A DNA stretch of 64,000 nt, taken from IMG/VR virus record IMGVR_UViG_3300029305_002366, positions 1 to 64,000 of that record; one strand, 5' to 3'. The stretch's first letter is position 1. The number at the start of each line of letters is the position of its first letter. A program made the translations under genes and the position numbers. Shown here piece after piece: positions 26,732 to 37,869 of this stretch. The notes under the pieces were generated by a model. It made no database searches. It saw only the letters and a list, made by a program, of their open reading frames with translations, and had not been told where the DNA came from. The stretch is from a virus. Its lineage: Duplodnaviria > Caudoviricetes.

Positions 26732-29700
26732 TTATTGAGTATAACTTTGTGTTAACTTACGTTTAAAATAAGAATCAAGATGAGGGTCAAGGTTTCTTAC
26801 GAAATCTTGTGGATTGTTTGCAACCACTTGACCTATATTGACATTAACAGTATTTGTGTTTGCACCATTGTTATTAATAACATTAGAGGGATTGAATCCA
26901 GAAAGTTGAACAGCCTGTTTAATAATTGAAGCCATAACACTTGGAGTTTCATGAACTGCTTCATAGAGTTTCTTTGAATCGTTAGCATTGAAAATAGTTT
27001 CTGATTTTTGTTTAGTACCATGAAGCATAGCAAGCCCAGTGCTTGCATTTACACCACCATCAGCATATCTTTTGACACCCTTTGCAAGGTCTGCATCCCA
27101 CTGACTATTTACAATACCATAACCAGTAGAACTATTAGCTAAACGCTTCTGCATTGATTCATATGCATCAGCCCATTCTGTAAGCCATTGTACAGCTTTA
27201 TTTTTATTATTAAAGATATTGTTTTCTGTGTCATTCATCCACTGTTGTATTTTACTAAGATTCTCCCATACACCATGCTCCATATCACTTGCGGCACTAA
27301 TCACATCATTCTTTGCACTATCCATGCTATTCTTGTAATTTTCCAGTGCGCTCTTGGCATCATTGAGATTACTTTGCACAGCGGTCTTATAGTTATTATA
27401 GGCAGTTATTTCATCACCTATCTTATCAATCTCGTTCTCTTTTGCCTTAATACTTGCTTCAATATTCTTGATTTCAATTTTGGTTAATCGTTCAAGTTCG
27501 TTTGAAAAATTGCTGTACTCACGCTTGTAAGCACGTAACAGACCTTCGTCCTTCTTTTCAATTTTCTCTCTCCAATCAGAACCAAGTAACTGTTCAGCAA
27601 GAAGTTCGCCATCTTTATCTTCGATTTCCTCAGTAAGAATATCGTACTGTTTTACATATTCATCATATGCCTTAATCTGATGGTCTAAAGCTTTCTCCTG
27701 TTTTTCAAGAGGTTTAATCTTTTCATCTCTTTCTTTTTCAAGAGCCTTAATTTGTTCTTCATTTAAAACATCGTCCAGATTCTTTTGTGCTTCAACAACC
27801 TTTTCCTTAGATGCTCCGTACTCCCAACCTCTTGCAGATGAATATGTTCTGACCTGCTGTTGTTTTGCCTTATTCAAATCGAGTAAAGCTTTTTCCTTTT
27901 TGTAAGCAAGGTCACGTTCTTCGTTTTCGTCCTTTAAAACTTTTATACGTTCTTCATATTCATCTTTGATATCGTCTTGCTGTTGCTTTAACGAATCAAG
28001 CTGAGACTTTAATGAATCTTCATAACGCTTCATGTAATCGGTTACAGCCTTTTGGAATGACTTCTGCTGTTCTTCGATAACTTTCTTTTGTTCATTAAGA
28101 ATATCAAGTTGTTCCTGTAATTCTTTCTTTTCAGATTCAAGAACATCCTTACGATTATTTAAAGAATCTATTGTATCGTCCACAGCCTTTACTTCATTTT
28201 CAAGAGCCTTGACAGCGTTATTTAACTCGGTTTCCATACCAACAGAAATAGTACGTGTTGTACCAAGATTTTGATTAAGTTCAGTAACAAGGAAATTATC
28301 ACGGTCAATAGCTTTAGCATAATCCAACATTGATTCTTCCATTTGTTGAATAGCAAATTTGGTTTCAGCTATCTCATCATGATATGTTTTATAATCAGAT
28401 TCAGAATTAATTTGTCTCATTTTAACTTTTAAATCAAATTCTTTTTGTAACGAATAAAGATTTTGCATCCTTGTCTTAATCTCTGCTTGTAGATTTTTTA
28501 TTGCAACTTCGCCCTCATGAATATTTTCCCTTATAGTTTCCTGAGACTTTTTTATCTGTGCATCCTTAAAGGCAGTTAATTCCTGTTCAGAAAATACGTA
28601 TTCACCATTAACAAGTTTAATGGTTTGTAAGTAACCATCCGCATCCTGTTCAAGAAGTTTCCAAGCATCAGTGTGGGATAATCCCTTTCCTTCACCAAGT
28701 TTAGATATAGCTTCTTGTACGGTTGTTACTGTTTCAGCGGTTGATTTAAAATTCTCGTCTAACTCCGTTTTCCATTTCTGCACAAAATTATCAAGACCAT
28801 CACCATTCTCAGCAACACCCTGTTTGAAACCATTGAACAAGTCAGCGACTTTTTGTTTTGCTTCTTCACTATTACCTGCCATCTTGTATAATGAAGTTTC
28901 TAAAACTCCAACTTCATTATAAAGTGTTTGGTATTCGTCCAAAGACAAATCATCAGGATTAGCAAGCTGTTGAAGTTTAGCTTGTGCTTCATCAAGTTTG
29001 TTGTAGAATGGAGTTAAAGATATTTCATTAAATGCAGAATTAATTTTATCAGAAAAACCTCCAAGCACAGAACCAAACGCACCACTGGGAGAGTTGTTGT
29101 TTAATTCATCAGGCGCAAATTTCTTTATATTTTCGATAATAGTATTAAATTGAATAAGTCGTTCTTCAAGTCTTTTTAAAGTTTCATCTTCATAATCTGG
29201 AACTCTTTCATATACTTCAATAAGTTTTACAAGCTGATTACGTGCATCCTCAATTGTACCACTAAGATATAAACCTTGTGGGTCAAATGCTCCATCCAGT
29301 GTTCGATATACACCCTCAATATCTTCGCCAAGCTGTATAGCTTTAAGGTCTAAATCTTCAAGAGTGTAAAGCATATTATCACCTTTTTTATCTTTCGGTC
29401 GAACGTACATATCAACACCTGCTGAATTTGCACCTGCTTTATTTGGCGCAGAAATATCTAAGTTCGCATATCGCTTTGCTTGATTTATTTCAACAGCGTG
29501 TTCTAACTCAAAGTTCTCCTTTTCCTTTTTTGCAATCTCATCAAGTTTCTTTAACTGTTCAGAGTATTTACCATTAACTAAATCAACACCATCTGCTTCG
29601 TCTTTATATGAGGTCACTAAATCATTTTGAACTTCCTGCAATTTTGTTTTTCTTTCAGAAACATCTGTAACCGTAGTTGCGATTTTAGAATATGACTGTG

Positions 29701-32650
29701 CTATAGAATCAAGTTTCTGTTCAGATTGTTTTAAGTCATCTACCGCTTTGCCTAAATCCACCATATCATTTGTTGCAGACGTAATAGCTTCTTCCATTTC
29801 TTTATTGGTAGTAATCAGTGTATCAACGAACTGTGACAATTTGTTGATGAGAAATCCTATTACAACACCAATACCTAATGATAATAATGAATTTCCAATT
29901 GTTTTAAATGCGGCTAACGCTTTACTTGCGCTATCAGCATTAGTTTTTATAATACCAAGCCACTGACCAATTCCCTTTAATGCTCCAATGAAATTAACTT
30001 TTGTAGTTGCACTTATGGTAGCAAGTAATACACCAAAGACAACACTTAATGAACCTGCCTGTTTGAATATGAATGTAAGTATATCAGTAATGCGTTTACC
30101 ACTATCAATAAAGAAGTTGATAGTTTCCTTATTCAAAATAGTATTAGATAATTCTTGAAACGAACCTTTAAGAGCATTGCTATGCGATTCAATTCCGTCC
30201 ATCATTTTCTCATACTCAGCGGTAGCTGTACCTGCTGATTTAACGCTGTCTTTATAAGCTTTCTGAATCGTGCCTGATTGAAATGCTTGAATAATAGCAA
30301 GACCAATGTTTGCTCTGTTTTTACCAAAAAGAATTTCGGTAAGAGAAGCACGATTAGTGGAACTTAAAGAATCCCATACCTCGGCAACATCTTCCATTAT
30401 GTCATAGATATCTCTAAAGTCCTTAGTTTTGCTATCGAAAATGTCTACTTGGTTTCCAGTAAGATTAAGAATCTGTGTCTGAACCTTGCTGACTTCCATA
30501 AGGTCATCAGTAGGTTCGTTTAATTCTTCTAACGCACCTTTCATATTACGTAATCTAAGCGAGAGAACCTTTACCGCATTACCTGTATTTTCAAGATTCT
30601 GAGTTATTTCACCTGCACCAGTTAACAATGCCAATGATTTATCTAATGATGTTCCTGTCATTGCCAAAGTAGAAGCAGAACGTTCAAGACCTTCACCAAG
30701 ACCTGCGGCACTTACGGCATAACGGTTATTAAGATTATCCATCTTATCTACAATATCCATTACGTTCTTGGCTTCAATACCATATGCCTTTAATATTGTA
30801 ATAAGGTTATTTAACGATTGTTCTTGACTAACATCTGCAACCTTAGAAAATATAGTAGATGCTCTTGATAATTCCAAAGCATCGTTCAAGTCGTAACCTA
30901 ACTTAGCCCATTGATAGGTTTGTTCAACAAGGTCACTTGTCACAACCTTTAAATCTTGTGCTTGCTTATTAGCCTTTTCAAGAAAAGCAAGATAACCACT
31001 ATCTGTTTCATCTGTAACTCTCCGTAAGTTTATCATTGCTTCATCAAGAGCCTTGACATTATCAACCATCTTACGAATATAACCAATTACTGCATAAAGT
31101 GAAATATATCTATTGAGAACCATTTTTAATTGGCTACCCATGCTTGTAAAGAATTGGCTTGTAGTTAAACCTGCTGAACGAGCCTGTCCGTTTAAATCTC
31201 TAAAAGCAATTGCAAGTTTCTCAATTTCAGCGGCATTGCCCTGTAAATTTCCAGAATATAAAGTTCTTACAATAGTTTCCCAATTATCTTTAAAGGTCTG
31301 ACCATTGCTCATTTTAAGAGTTGATTCTGTAGCTTTCTTATTTACAGAAGCAAATGTCTCAATTTGATTCTTTAAGGTATTAAACTTATTTGTTACCTGA
31401 CGAGTAATCCTATCATCTTTTAAGGACTGGTTTAAATTATCACTATCCTTTTTGGCTGTTTCTAAAGAGGGAATAAGTTTATCAAGTTCCTGTTTAGCCT
31501 GTGCGATATTAGCCGCAGAACTATTCTTACCATTACTTAATAAAGCTGATATTGACTCTATTTGCTGTAACAAACTTTTGTTCGCACTAAGCTGTTTCAT
31601 AACATCACCATTAGCACTATTCTGCTTGATGATATTAGAATTATTAAAACCGCCTAATGAGTTCTTATACTTGTTTAATGTTGAGACAATTTGATTGTAA
31701 GTTTCTTGTTGTGCTTTTGCTTCTTTAGTTTGTTGTTTAGCCGCATTTGCATCCGCTATATTTGCGGCTTGCATATCAAGTTTTGATTGAAGTTCTTGTC
31801 TTGCGATATCAAGTTTCTTTTGTTCTTCTTCTGTAAGCTTGCCACCAACTGACAGAGAAGATAAGTATATTTCCAATTCTCGTTCTTTGGTTTTAACTAT
31901 ACCTTGTTGAACTTCATATTGAGTCTGTGCTTCAACAAGGGTTGCGCTACCAACATTTGGTTTAGACATTGTAGCAGATAAACCTTGCATTTTGGCATAT
32001 GCTTTTGTAATGTCATCAATATACTTACCAACGATATTAGAACGCTCTTTCTCAATTTGAAGAATACCTCTATCAGAACCGTTAGAACCAAGTAGGCTAA
32101 CTTTGCCACCTTCCTCAACAGCGTAATTAAATTTCTGTAAGTCACCAGTTGCTTGCTTTGCAGAAATACTAAAACTCTTTAATGCTCCTTCTGCGTTCCT
32201 TTCCCATGTTGTCCATATCTCAGTAGTTTGACCCAGTGTGTTCTTTGTTTCTTCAAGCAAGCCTTTAAGAACCGCATCAGCTTCTCCTTTTAAATTGCTA
32301 CGCAATAACTTACCAAGTTCTTCTACCTGAGACTGAGCAGACATTTTATCTATCTTAACCGTTGAAGTTGTTGCACTATTATCTGACTGTGTTTTAGAAG
32401 CCACCGTAGAAGCAATAGATTTAGCATCAACTCCTATATTAAGTTTGAGTTTGCTTGCCAACGTATTCAGTTCGCCTTGTAATTTATTTACAGCTTCACT
32501 ACTTGTGTCTATATGACATTGAATATTTAAGCCATTGTCTTTTAAGCCATTCAGTTCACCAGATATTACCTTTAAATCTTCTTTTATTTGTGACTTAGAT
32601 TTATTCTTATTAAGTCTTGCAATCAAGTCTATAAAAGCATTTTTACTCAA
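26732..32650 (-). CDS. tape measure protein (TP901 family core)
   Basis: 1972 aa, helical; LDEAMINLRRVTD, AGEITQN...GNAVKVLSLRLR, YADGG...MLHGT. Confidence 0.92.
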   Translation of the reverse strand: MSKNAFIDLIARLNKNKSKSQIKEDLKVISGELNGLKDNGLNIQCHIDTSSEAVNKLQGELNTLASKLKLNIGVDAKSIASTVASKTQSDNSATTSTVKIDKMSAQSQVEELGKLLRSNLKGEADAVLKGLLEETKNTLGQTTEIWTTWERNAEGALKSFSISAKQATGDLQKFNYAVEEGGKVSLLGSNGSDRGILQIEKERSNIVGKYIDDITKAYAKMQGLSATMSKPNVGSATLVEAQTQYEVQQGIVKTKERELEIYLSSLSVGGKLTEEEQKKLDIARQELQSKLDMQAANIADANAAKQQTKEAKAQQETYNQIVSTLNKYKNSLGGFNNSNIIKQNSANGDVMKQLSANKSLLQQIESISALLSNGKNSSAANIAQAKQELDKLIPSLETAKKDSDNLNQSLKDDRITRQVTNKFNTLKNQIETFASVNKKATESTLKMSNGQTFKDNWETIVRTLYSGNLQGNAAEIEKLAIAFRDLNGQARSAGLTTSQFFTSMGSQLKMVLNRYISLYAVIGYIRKMVDNVKALDEAMINLRRVTDETDSGYLAFLEKANKQAQDLKVVTSDLVEQTYQWAKLGYDLNDALELSRASTIFSKVADVSQEQSLNNLITILKAYGIEAKNVMDIVDKMDNLNNRYAVSAAGLGEGLERSASTLAMTGTSLDKSLALLTGAGEITQNLENTGNAVKVLSLRLRNMKGALEELNEPTDDLMEVSKVQTQILNLTGNQVDIFDSKTKDFRDIYDIMEDVAEVWDSLSSTNRASLTEILFGKNRANIGLAIIQAFQSGTIQKAYKDSVKSAGTATAEYEKMMDGIESHSNALKGSFQELSNTILNKETINFFIDSGKRITDILTFIFKQAGSLSVVFGVLLATISATTKVNFIGALKGIGQWLGIIKTNADSASKALAAFKTIGNSLLSLGIGVVIGFLINKLSQFVDTLITTNKEMEEAITSATNDMVDLGKAVDDLKQSEQKLDSIAQSYSKIATTVTDVSERKTKLQEVQNDLVTSYKDEADGVDLVNGKYSEQLKKLDEIAKKEKENFELEHAVEINQAKRYANLDISAPNKAGANSAGVDMYVRPKDKKGDNMLYTLEDLDLKAIQLGEDIEGVYRTLDGAFDPQGLYLSGTIEDARNQLVKLIEVYERVPDYEDETLKRLEERLIQFNTIIENIKKFAPDELNNNSPSGAFGSVLGGFSDKINSAFNEISLTPFYNKLDEAQAKLQQLANPDDLSLDEYQTLYNEVGVLETSLYKMAGNSEEAKQKVADLFNGFKQGVAENGDGLDNFVQKWKTELDENFKSTAETVTTVQEAISKLGEGKGLSHTDAWKLLEQDADGYLQTIKLVNGEYVFSEQELTAFKDAQIKKSQETIRENIHEGEVAIKNLQAEIKTRMQNLYSLQKEFDLKVKMRQINSESDYKTYHDEIAETKFAIQQMEESMLDYAKAIDRDNFLVTELNQNLGTTRTISVGMETELNNAVKALENEVKAVDDTIDSLNNRKDVLESEKKELQEQLDILNEQKKVIEEQQKSFQKAVTDYMKRYEDSLKSQLDSLKQQQDDIKDEYEERIKVLKDENEERDLAYKKEKALLDLNKAKQQQVRTYSSARGWEYGASKEKVVEAQKNLDDVLNEEQIKALEKERDEKIKPLEKQEKALDHQIKAYDEYVKQYDILTEEIEDKDGELLAEQLLGSDWREKIEKKDEGLLRAYKREYSNFSNELERLTKIEIKNIEASIKAKENEIDKIGDEITAYNNYKTAVQSNLNDAKSALENYKNSMDSAKNDVISAASDMEHGVWENLSKIQQWMNDTENNIFNNKNKAVQWLTEWADAYESMQKRLANSSTGYGIVNSQWDADLAKGVKRYADGGVNASTGLAMLHGTKQKSETIFNANDSKKLYEAVHETPSVMASIIKQAVQLSGFNPSNVINNNGANTNTVNVNIGQVVANNPQDFVRNLDPHLDSYFKRKLTQSYTQ

Positions 32651-32664
32651 ACATTTTCACCACC

Positions 32665-33234
32665 TTATCTATATAAATTCCTTGAACGTAATTTATCAAA
32701 TTTAATTTTAATTCCAAACTTATTCGTTTGATTCCATTCTGCAATACCATCTTCGATAAAGCCTACACCACTAAAATGAGTTAACCCATCTACTCTACGT
32801 CCTATTAACCATTCTAACTTAGGGGCATACCAACCATAGTTCATTGTAAGCAATGTTGATGTTTCGTGTTCGTCTTTGATAGGAATTATTCTATCCTCCA
32901 ACCAATATCCGTTGTATTCATGAATATCAGTCCAACGAACTTCACTAAGATTTTTATGATAATCTAAATCATCATGAACGCAAACCGATAAAGTAAGAGT
33001 TTTTTTATCAACTCTTATGTCTGCTAAATCCTCTGCATAGAGCGCACCTTGCAAACGATAAGTACGCTCATATACCTGTGGATTATATTTGTCATACCAT
33101 GCATCTATATATTTTTGAATACAGCGATATAACCTATTGACTTCATCTTTGAGAACTTCTGCAATAGTTCTACCATCATCAACCTTTGCGTATTGTAATG
33201 AAATCATATTGAGTTGTTCTTCAATAGAAGCCAT
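32665..33234 (-). CDS. hypothetical tail-module protein
   Basis: ORF with RBS; YNPQVYERTY motif. Confidence 0.6.
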   Translation of the reverse strand: MASIEEQLNMISLQYAKVDDGRTIAEVLKDEVNRLYRCIQKYIDAWYDKYNPQVYERTYRLQGALYAEDLADIRVDKKTLTLSVCVHDDLDYHKNLSEVRWTDIHEYNGYWLEDRIIPIKDEHETSTLLTMNYGWYAPKLEWLIGRRVDGLTHFSGVGFIEDGIAEWNQTNKFGIKIKFDKLRSRNLYR

Positions 33235-33240
33235 TACTTA

Positions 33241-33753
33241 TCACTCCTTTTCAATTATTGCTTCTGCAACTTTCTTGTCATCAAGTCCTTCAAGTCTTGT
33301 TGCAAGTTTCTCGAATACACTTGTGTCTCCCATTCTAAAGGCAAAGTCACTAAGAGTATCGCACAGATAATCAAATGAATTTTTCTGTGTGCGAATCTTG
33401 TATTCCAGTCCGTCATTTACTGCATTAATAATTTCATGATATATAGGTAATTCTGCAACCTTGTTCTCAATGATGTTATACCAATCTGACTGAGATACCT
33501 TAAATACTTCCTCAATAGGCATATCTCCCAAATCAATATCAGTAAACGTTGTCAATATCATATATCTTGTTGCAACATCTTTAAACTCAGGCACGTATTT
33601 GTCATTAGGAAAACAGCCATCAATAACCATATTAACCGCTTCTGAAAACTCATCTACTGAAAGAAAGTTTTTTATCTGTACTATTGCCTTTCCAATTTTT
33701 ACCTTTGAATGAGAAAGTGGATATTTGTCTGTAAGCTTATTAATATTAATCAT
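33241..33753 (-). CDS. hypothetical protein, possible tail assembly chaperone
   Basis: Position upstream of tape measure. Confidence 0.5.
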   Translation of the reverse strand: MININKLTDKYPLSHSKVKIGKAIVQIKNFLSVDEFSEAVNMVIDGCFPNDKYVPEFKDVATRYMILTTFTDIDLGDMPIEEVFKVSQSDWYNIIENKVAELPIYHEIINAVNDGLEYKIRTQKNSFDYLCDTLSDFAFRMGDTSVFEKLATRLEGLDDKKVAEAIIEKE

Positions 33754-33755
33754 AA

Positions 33756-34328
33756 TTATTCTCCTTTAGTTTTAGATTCTTCAATTGATACAGCGTATCT
33801 TCCAATGGCAATGGCATCACTTACGTCATTGACGGTTAATGATAAATCATACCATTCGTTTACTTTACGCATAATATCCTTTTTGCGTTCTGGTCTTTTT
33901 ATTTTCTTATCGTATTTACCCCAATAGTTTATCCATGTATTTTCAGCAACAATCTTAATAGGGATTACTTTCTTATGACAGATGTGCAAGACAAATCCTT
34001 GTAGTCTTGCAAGATTAAATTCACTCTTAACATTTTGACTTGAAAATATATCTTCCATATAAATCATATCAGGTCTATATTTGTCAATAAGATATTCAAT
34101 TCTATCCGAAACAATACAGATACGATTAAGAATATTCTTGTATATAATTTCTGGCATGGTTACTTGATAAAGGTGTTCTTCTTCTTTAAGAACCATATCA
34201 GTTATTTTCTTGCTTGTAGTTTTTTTCATTTCAATAAGTTCGTAGTAAACAAGTTCTCCATTATCAAAAACACTTAGTCCTGTTGAAGAACTACTCTGGT
34301 CTGTTGAGAGTATAATCACTCTTGTCAT
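33756..34328 (-). CDS. RuvC-like Holliday junction resolvase
   Basis: STDQSSSSTG, IYMED, DVSDAIAIG acidic motifs. Confidence 0.8.
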   Translation of the reverse strand: MTRVIILSTDQSSSSTGLSVFDNGELVYYELIEMKKTTSKKITDMVLKEEEHLYQVTMPEIIYKNILNRICIVSDRIEYLIDKYRPDMIYMEDIFSSQNVKSEFNLARLQGFVLHICHKKVIPIKIVAENTWINYWGKYDKKIKRPERKKDIMRKVNEWYDLSLTVNDVSDAIAIGRYAVSIEESKTKGE

Positions 34329-34339
34329 TCCTCCTTGTT

Positions 34340-34379
34340 AAAAAAATAGGGGCAAGCCAATCGTAATTAACTTGCCCCT
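34340..34379 (-). terminator. rho-independent terminator
   Basis: AGGGGCAAG/CTTGCCCCT stem plus T7. Confidence 0.8.
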
Positions 34380-34384
34380 TTCTT

Positions 34385-34702
34385 TTATTCATCGTCAACG
34401 TCTTTATCGACTGACTTGCTTTTTGGTTTAGGTACGCTCTTAGGAGTGCCTTTTGCTATAATAGCCTTGATATCTGTTGTTATAGCTTCAAGCAGATTTA
34501 ACTCAGTATCAGCTTTGATATCAAGATGCTCAAACATTTCTGTAGCTTCTTTGGGATTTATGATGCCCTCTCTGTACTCTGAAAGAATCTGGTGAATCTG
34601 ATAATGTTCTTCCGAACAGGTGAATCTTTTCCAACCATTTGTTTTATTGCAGTTCAGACAAGCATCGTATTCCTTGCCACAAATCCAACAGTTATTCTTC
34701 AA
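34385..34702 (-). CDS. Cys-rich hypothetical protein
   Basis: CWICG...CLNC...CSEEH. Confidence 0.65.
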   Translation of the reverse strand: MKNNCWICGKEYDACLNCNKTNGWKRFTCSEEHYQIHQILSEYREGIINPKEATEMFEHLDIKADTELNLLEAITTDIKAIIAKGTPKSVPKPKSKSVDKDVDDE

Positions 34703-34716
34703 ATCAAATCACCCCA

Positions 34717-35547
34717 TTAAACAGTAGGAAGATTTGGGAATACCTGTCTGAAAAGCTGTTTCTCATCGTCACAATAATCCTGCTGTGCTGAGAATGAGAA
34801 TGGGAACGTATCTGTTCTACCAAATGAAGCAGTAGTAGAAGCTGAAAGCTGTGCTTTAGGGAATACTGTATAACCTGCCTGTGCGTTACCGCAAGCATCC
34901 TTAAACAGACCCTCTACAACAATCTCAATATCTTCGGGGAACTTATCAGCAGAGTCAATAACAGCCACACAGTCCTCGGAATTGAAGTCATACTCAACAA
35001 ACAGCTTATCACCAATTGCGATATCGCCCTCGGCAAATGTCAGTGTATGTGATTCAGCAGTATAAGTAAATACACCAGCACTTGTTGCATCACCCTGTCT
35101 AAATCTCTTGTTTACACTACCGTCCTTATTAAGTGTACAAACAGAAATCTTATATGCAGGTGTAGCAGTTGAACTAACATTTGCCGCACTGTACTTCATT
35201 ACATATGTAGTAAGAGTATCACCGTCAGCATATGTTTTAATAGGGTCAGAAATAGGAACGATAACACCGTTACCAGTTGTACCAATTGTCTTACCTTCAC
35301 CATTGAGTTGCTGTGCATAAAGGTCAAGATTCCAGAATGTTTCATCACCTGTAAACTCTGCTGTCTTAGCGTTCATCCATCTTGCGAGTGTTGAACCTTC
35401 TGCATCTGTCTTTACTTCTTCCTGTGCATCGGTTGCAAGAGAACCATTTGCTACCTTACCTGTAATGAAAAGAATTTCGGCAGTAAGACGATTTCTACCA
35501 ACAATACGCTGAATTATATCTGGAATTACACTATTAACTGTTGCCAT
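34717..35547 (-). CDS. major tail tube protein
   Basis: Size, composition, position and a terminator shortly downstream. Confidence 0.65.
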   Translation of the reverse strand: MATVNSVIPDIIQRIVGRNRLTAEILFITGKVANGSLATDAQEEVKTDAEGSTLARWMNAKTAEFTGDETFWNLDLYAQQLNGEGKTIGTTGNGVIVPISDPIKTYADGDTLTTYVMKYSAANVSSTATPAYKISVCTLNKDGSVNKRFRQGDATSAGVFTYTAESHTLTFAEGDIAIGDKLFVEYDFNSEDCVAVIDSADKFPEDIEIVVEGLFKDACGNAQAGYTVFPKAQLSASTTASFGRTDTFPFSFSAQQDYCDDEKQLFRQVFPNLPTV

Positions 35548-35565
35548 ATAATCACTTTCCTTTCT

Positions 35566-36306
35566 TTAATCCTTGACTTCTCTGAGCCAATTAAAATTAT
35601 TCTTGTTTATTTTACTCAAATCTAACTTACCTGAGTATACACCCATACTTAATTGATTTGAGCTTTCAACTATATTAATACTTTTTATAGCATCATAGAA
35701 AGCATAAACTTTCATGTCCCATACTTCATTTAATTTATATTTAAAATAAGGGTGGTTAGTCGCTCTTGATATCATAGTCCTTAAACTTGATTTCGGTGTA
35801 CTTCGTTTTGCAAACTCTAATTCATCATAGGCATATTCAATCATCTTCTGCTTTGTATATTCGTCTGCCACACCCTTAAACTGAGGTGGGGGAATTGAAT
35901 GAATAGTACGAATAGTGTCAGCAATTTGTTTATAAGTTCTTTCAGTGATAGTAATATTTTTATTTCTTAATTCAACTTGCTTCTTTTCTTCATTTATAAA
36001 AACCCTAAAGGAAGAAAAGTCTAAATCCCCAAAAAGAATCTTAGTATCATCTTTGTTTAAATTCTGACACAACGCACAGAACAATTGAAAGTCTGTTATC
36101 TCAGTAAAGTCATATCCCTCTTTGTCAAGTTGTGCAATCATATCAAATGGGGAGCATACAAAGTTTGAAATCATAGACATATATTTAAACTCATCATGTT
36201 CCTCAATTTCACCTAACGATGGCTGACGAATATAAATGTCATCATTTATTTTTATATCCTTACCACGCAAAAGACTTAAACCTTGAATCATTGGATAACC
36301 TCGCAC
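35566..36306 (-). CDS. virion morphogenesis protein (hypothetical)
   Basis: Position between neck and tail tube genes. Confidence 0.55.
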   Translation of the reverse strand: MRGYPMIQGLSLLRGKDIKINDDIYIRQPSLGEIEEHDEFKYMSMISNFVCSPFDMIAQLDKEGYDFTEITDFQLFCALCQNLNKDDTKILFGDLDFSSFRVFINEEKKQVELRNKNITITERTYKQIADTIRTIHSIPPPQFKGVADEYTKQKMIEYAYDELEFAKRSTPKSSLRTMISRATNHPYFKYKLNEVWDMKVYAFYDAIKSINIVESSNQLSMGVYSGKLDLSKINKNNFNWLREVKD

Positions 36307-36824
36307 ATATTATCATTGAAATCAACTGCTTGAAATACAATTTGTCTATAACGATGTACATTGTCTTTAAGGCTATAAGGTTCGTTACTTATTCGCTGTA
36401 ACGTGCCTATGCCAAATTCATTAGAACCATTAAACTTTTCATCAATCAAAACCGAAAGGTAGTCTGGACGAATTGCTGATACACCTGCCTTATTCATATA
36501 TAAATCGTCCTGATGGGACAATACATATATGGTTATTGTAGCTATATCATATGTTTTAGGCGCAACGCTTGAAGTAAACCTTCTTTCAATTGCCGTAACA
36601 CCTGCTTCAATACAGATATACGTCTTGGCAATATCTTGTGTTTTTGGCACAAACCAATGAGGAAATAATCTTTTTTTTGATAAAGCATCTTTATCACTAT
36701 CTGCAATCAGATTGTCGATATCCTCATCATCATGTATACCAAGTGCTTCTATAATTCTGTCATCATTTTGAAGTGCTACAAGCATATCGTTCTTTGCCTG
36801 TATTACCAGAGAACTATTTGGCAT
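36288..36824 (-). CDS. putative tail terminator / neck protein
   Basis: Position; RPDYLSVLIDEKFNG motif. Confidence 0.5.
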   Translation of the reverse strand: MPNSSLVIQAKNDMLVALQNDDRIIEALGIHDDEDIDNLIADSDKDALSKKRLFPHWFVPKTQDIAKTYICIEAGVTAIERRFTSSVAPKTYDIATITIYVLSHQDDLYMNKAGVSAIRPDYLSVLIDEKFNGSNEFGIGTLQRISNEPYSLKDNVHRYRQIVFQAVDFNDNMCEVIQ

Positions 36825-37858
36825 TATATCACTCCCTTTATTGTTATTAATAGTTCTGCTTGTCCATCATTAGTAGTTGCAATTAATTTAAAATGACTGC
36901 CAACTATATTTACATCGTTAACACATCTAATGACACACTGATTATCAGTTTGTTCTAAACTAACTTTATTCACAAGTGAAGTGTCATGCAATAAACTGAA
37001 AACAACAGAAGTTTCATTTTCAATCTTAAATGTCTTACGTCCACCAATCTTAATCTCTGGATTTCCCTTATAAGATATTACAATTGGAATAGTTGGTTGA
37101 GGTATATCATTGGGGTCAACATAATCACACAAACCTAATTCTAAATCGTCTACATCAGGATTATATACATCCTCTGTAAACAACAAGCGTATAATGCGCC
37201 TATCATTATAAGAATAAGGTACTTTTGATGTTGAAGTTATTTTATAAACTTCTGGTGGATATGCAGTAGTATAATCAATAAACATACGTCTATCACGTTT
37301 AAGACCAATTGTATTATCATCAAACGATATCCAACACATAAGCTGATTATAAGGTGTTCTGATTACACTATTTACATCATTAACACCACTATTATATTGA
37401 GAAGCATCTTCTATAAAACAAGGATAATTGTAAACAATTCCTTGTTTATTTTGCCAACGCAATGTGTAATTACACTCATGTATGACAGACTTAGTATAAA
37501 TATGATTCTGGTCTGGCATTGTCATAATAAGATATATTTGCCAATCACCTTTAGTATCTTTTACCTTTACATACTTATAATTGACAAGTATATCTGAAAT
37601 GCGTGTAAGTATCTGTCGTTTCCAACCCTGAGTATAAGCATCGGGAGTTACATTCTGAATAACCGCCTGTGTTTCAAATTCGGTTTCAAACAAACCAGTT
37701 TCGATATCATATAAACCATTACAAAGAAAAACAGTTTGCCCTAACTTAGTTTCAGTTAAAACTTCATCAAAGGCATCTGTAACATAATTGTCCCATTCGT
37801 CATTTTCATATCCGCTATTCATTGTAGGTTGCGGTTGTATAACATACCATGATTCCAT
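36824..37858 (-). CDS. putative head-closure/neck protein
   Basis: Position after head-tail adaptor. Confidence 0.5.
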   Translation of the reverse strand: MESWYVIQPQPTMNSGYENDEWDNYVTDAFDEVLTETKLGQTVFLCNGLYDIETGLFETEFETQAVIQNVTPDAYTQGWKRQILTRISDILVNYKYVKVKDTKGDWQIYLIMTMPDQNHIYTKSVIHECNYTLRWQNKQGIVYNYPCFIEDASQYNSGVNDVNSVIRTPYNQLMCWISFDDNTIGLKRDRRMFIDYTTAYPPEVYKITSTSKVPYSYNDRRIIRLLFTEDVYNPDVDDLELGLCDYVDPNDIPQPTIPIVISYKGNPEIKIGGRKTFKIENETSVVFSLLHDTSLVNKVSLEQTDNQCVIRCVNDVNIVGSHFKLIATTNDGQAELLITIKGVI

Positions 37859-37869
37859 ACCGCATCACC

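Noticed and set aside
33241-34702. Programmed tail-chaperone frameshift
   Set aside because: No convincing slippery heptamer with overlapping frames identified
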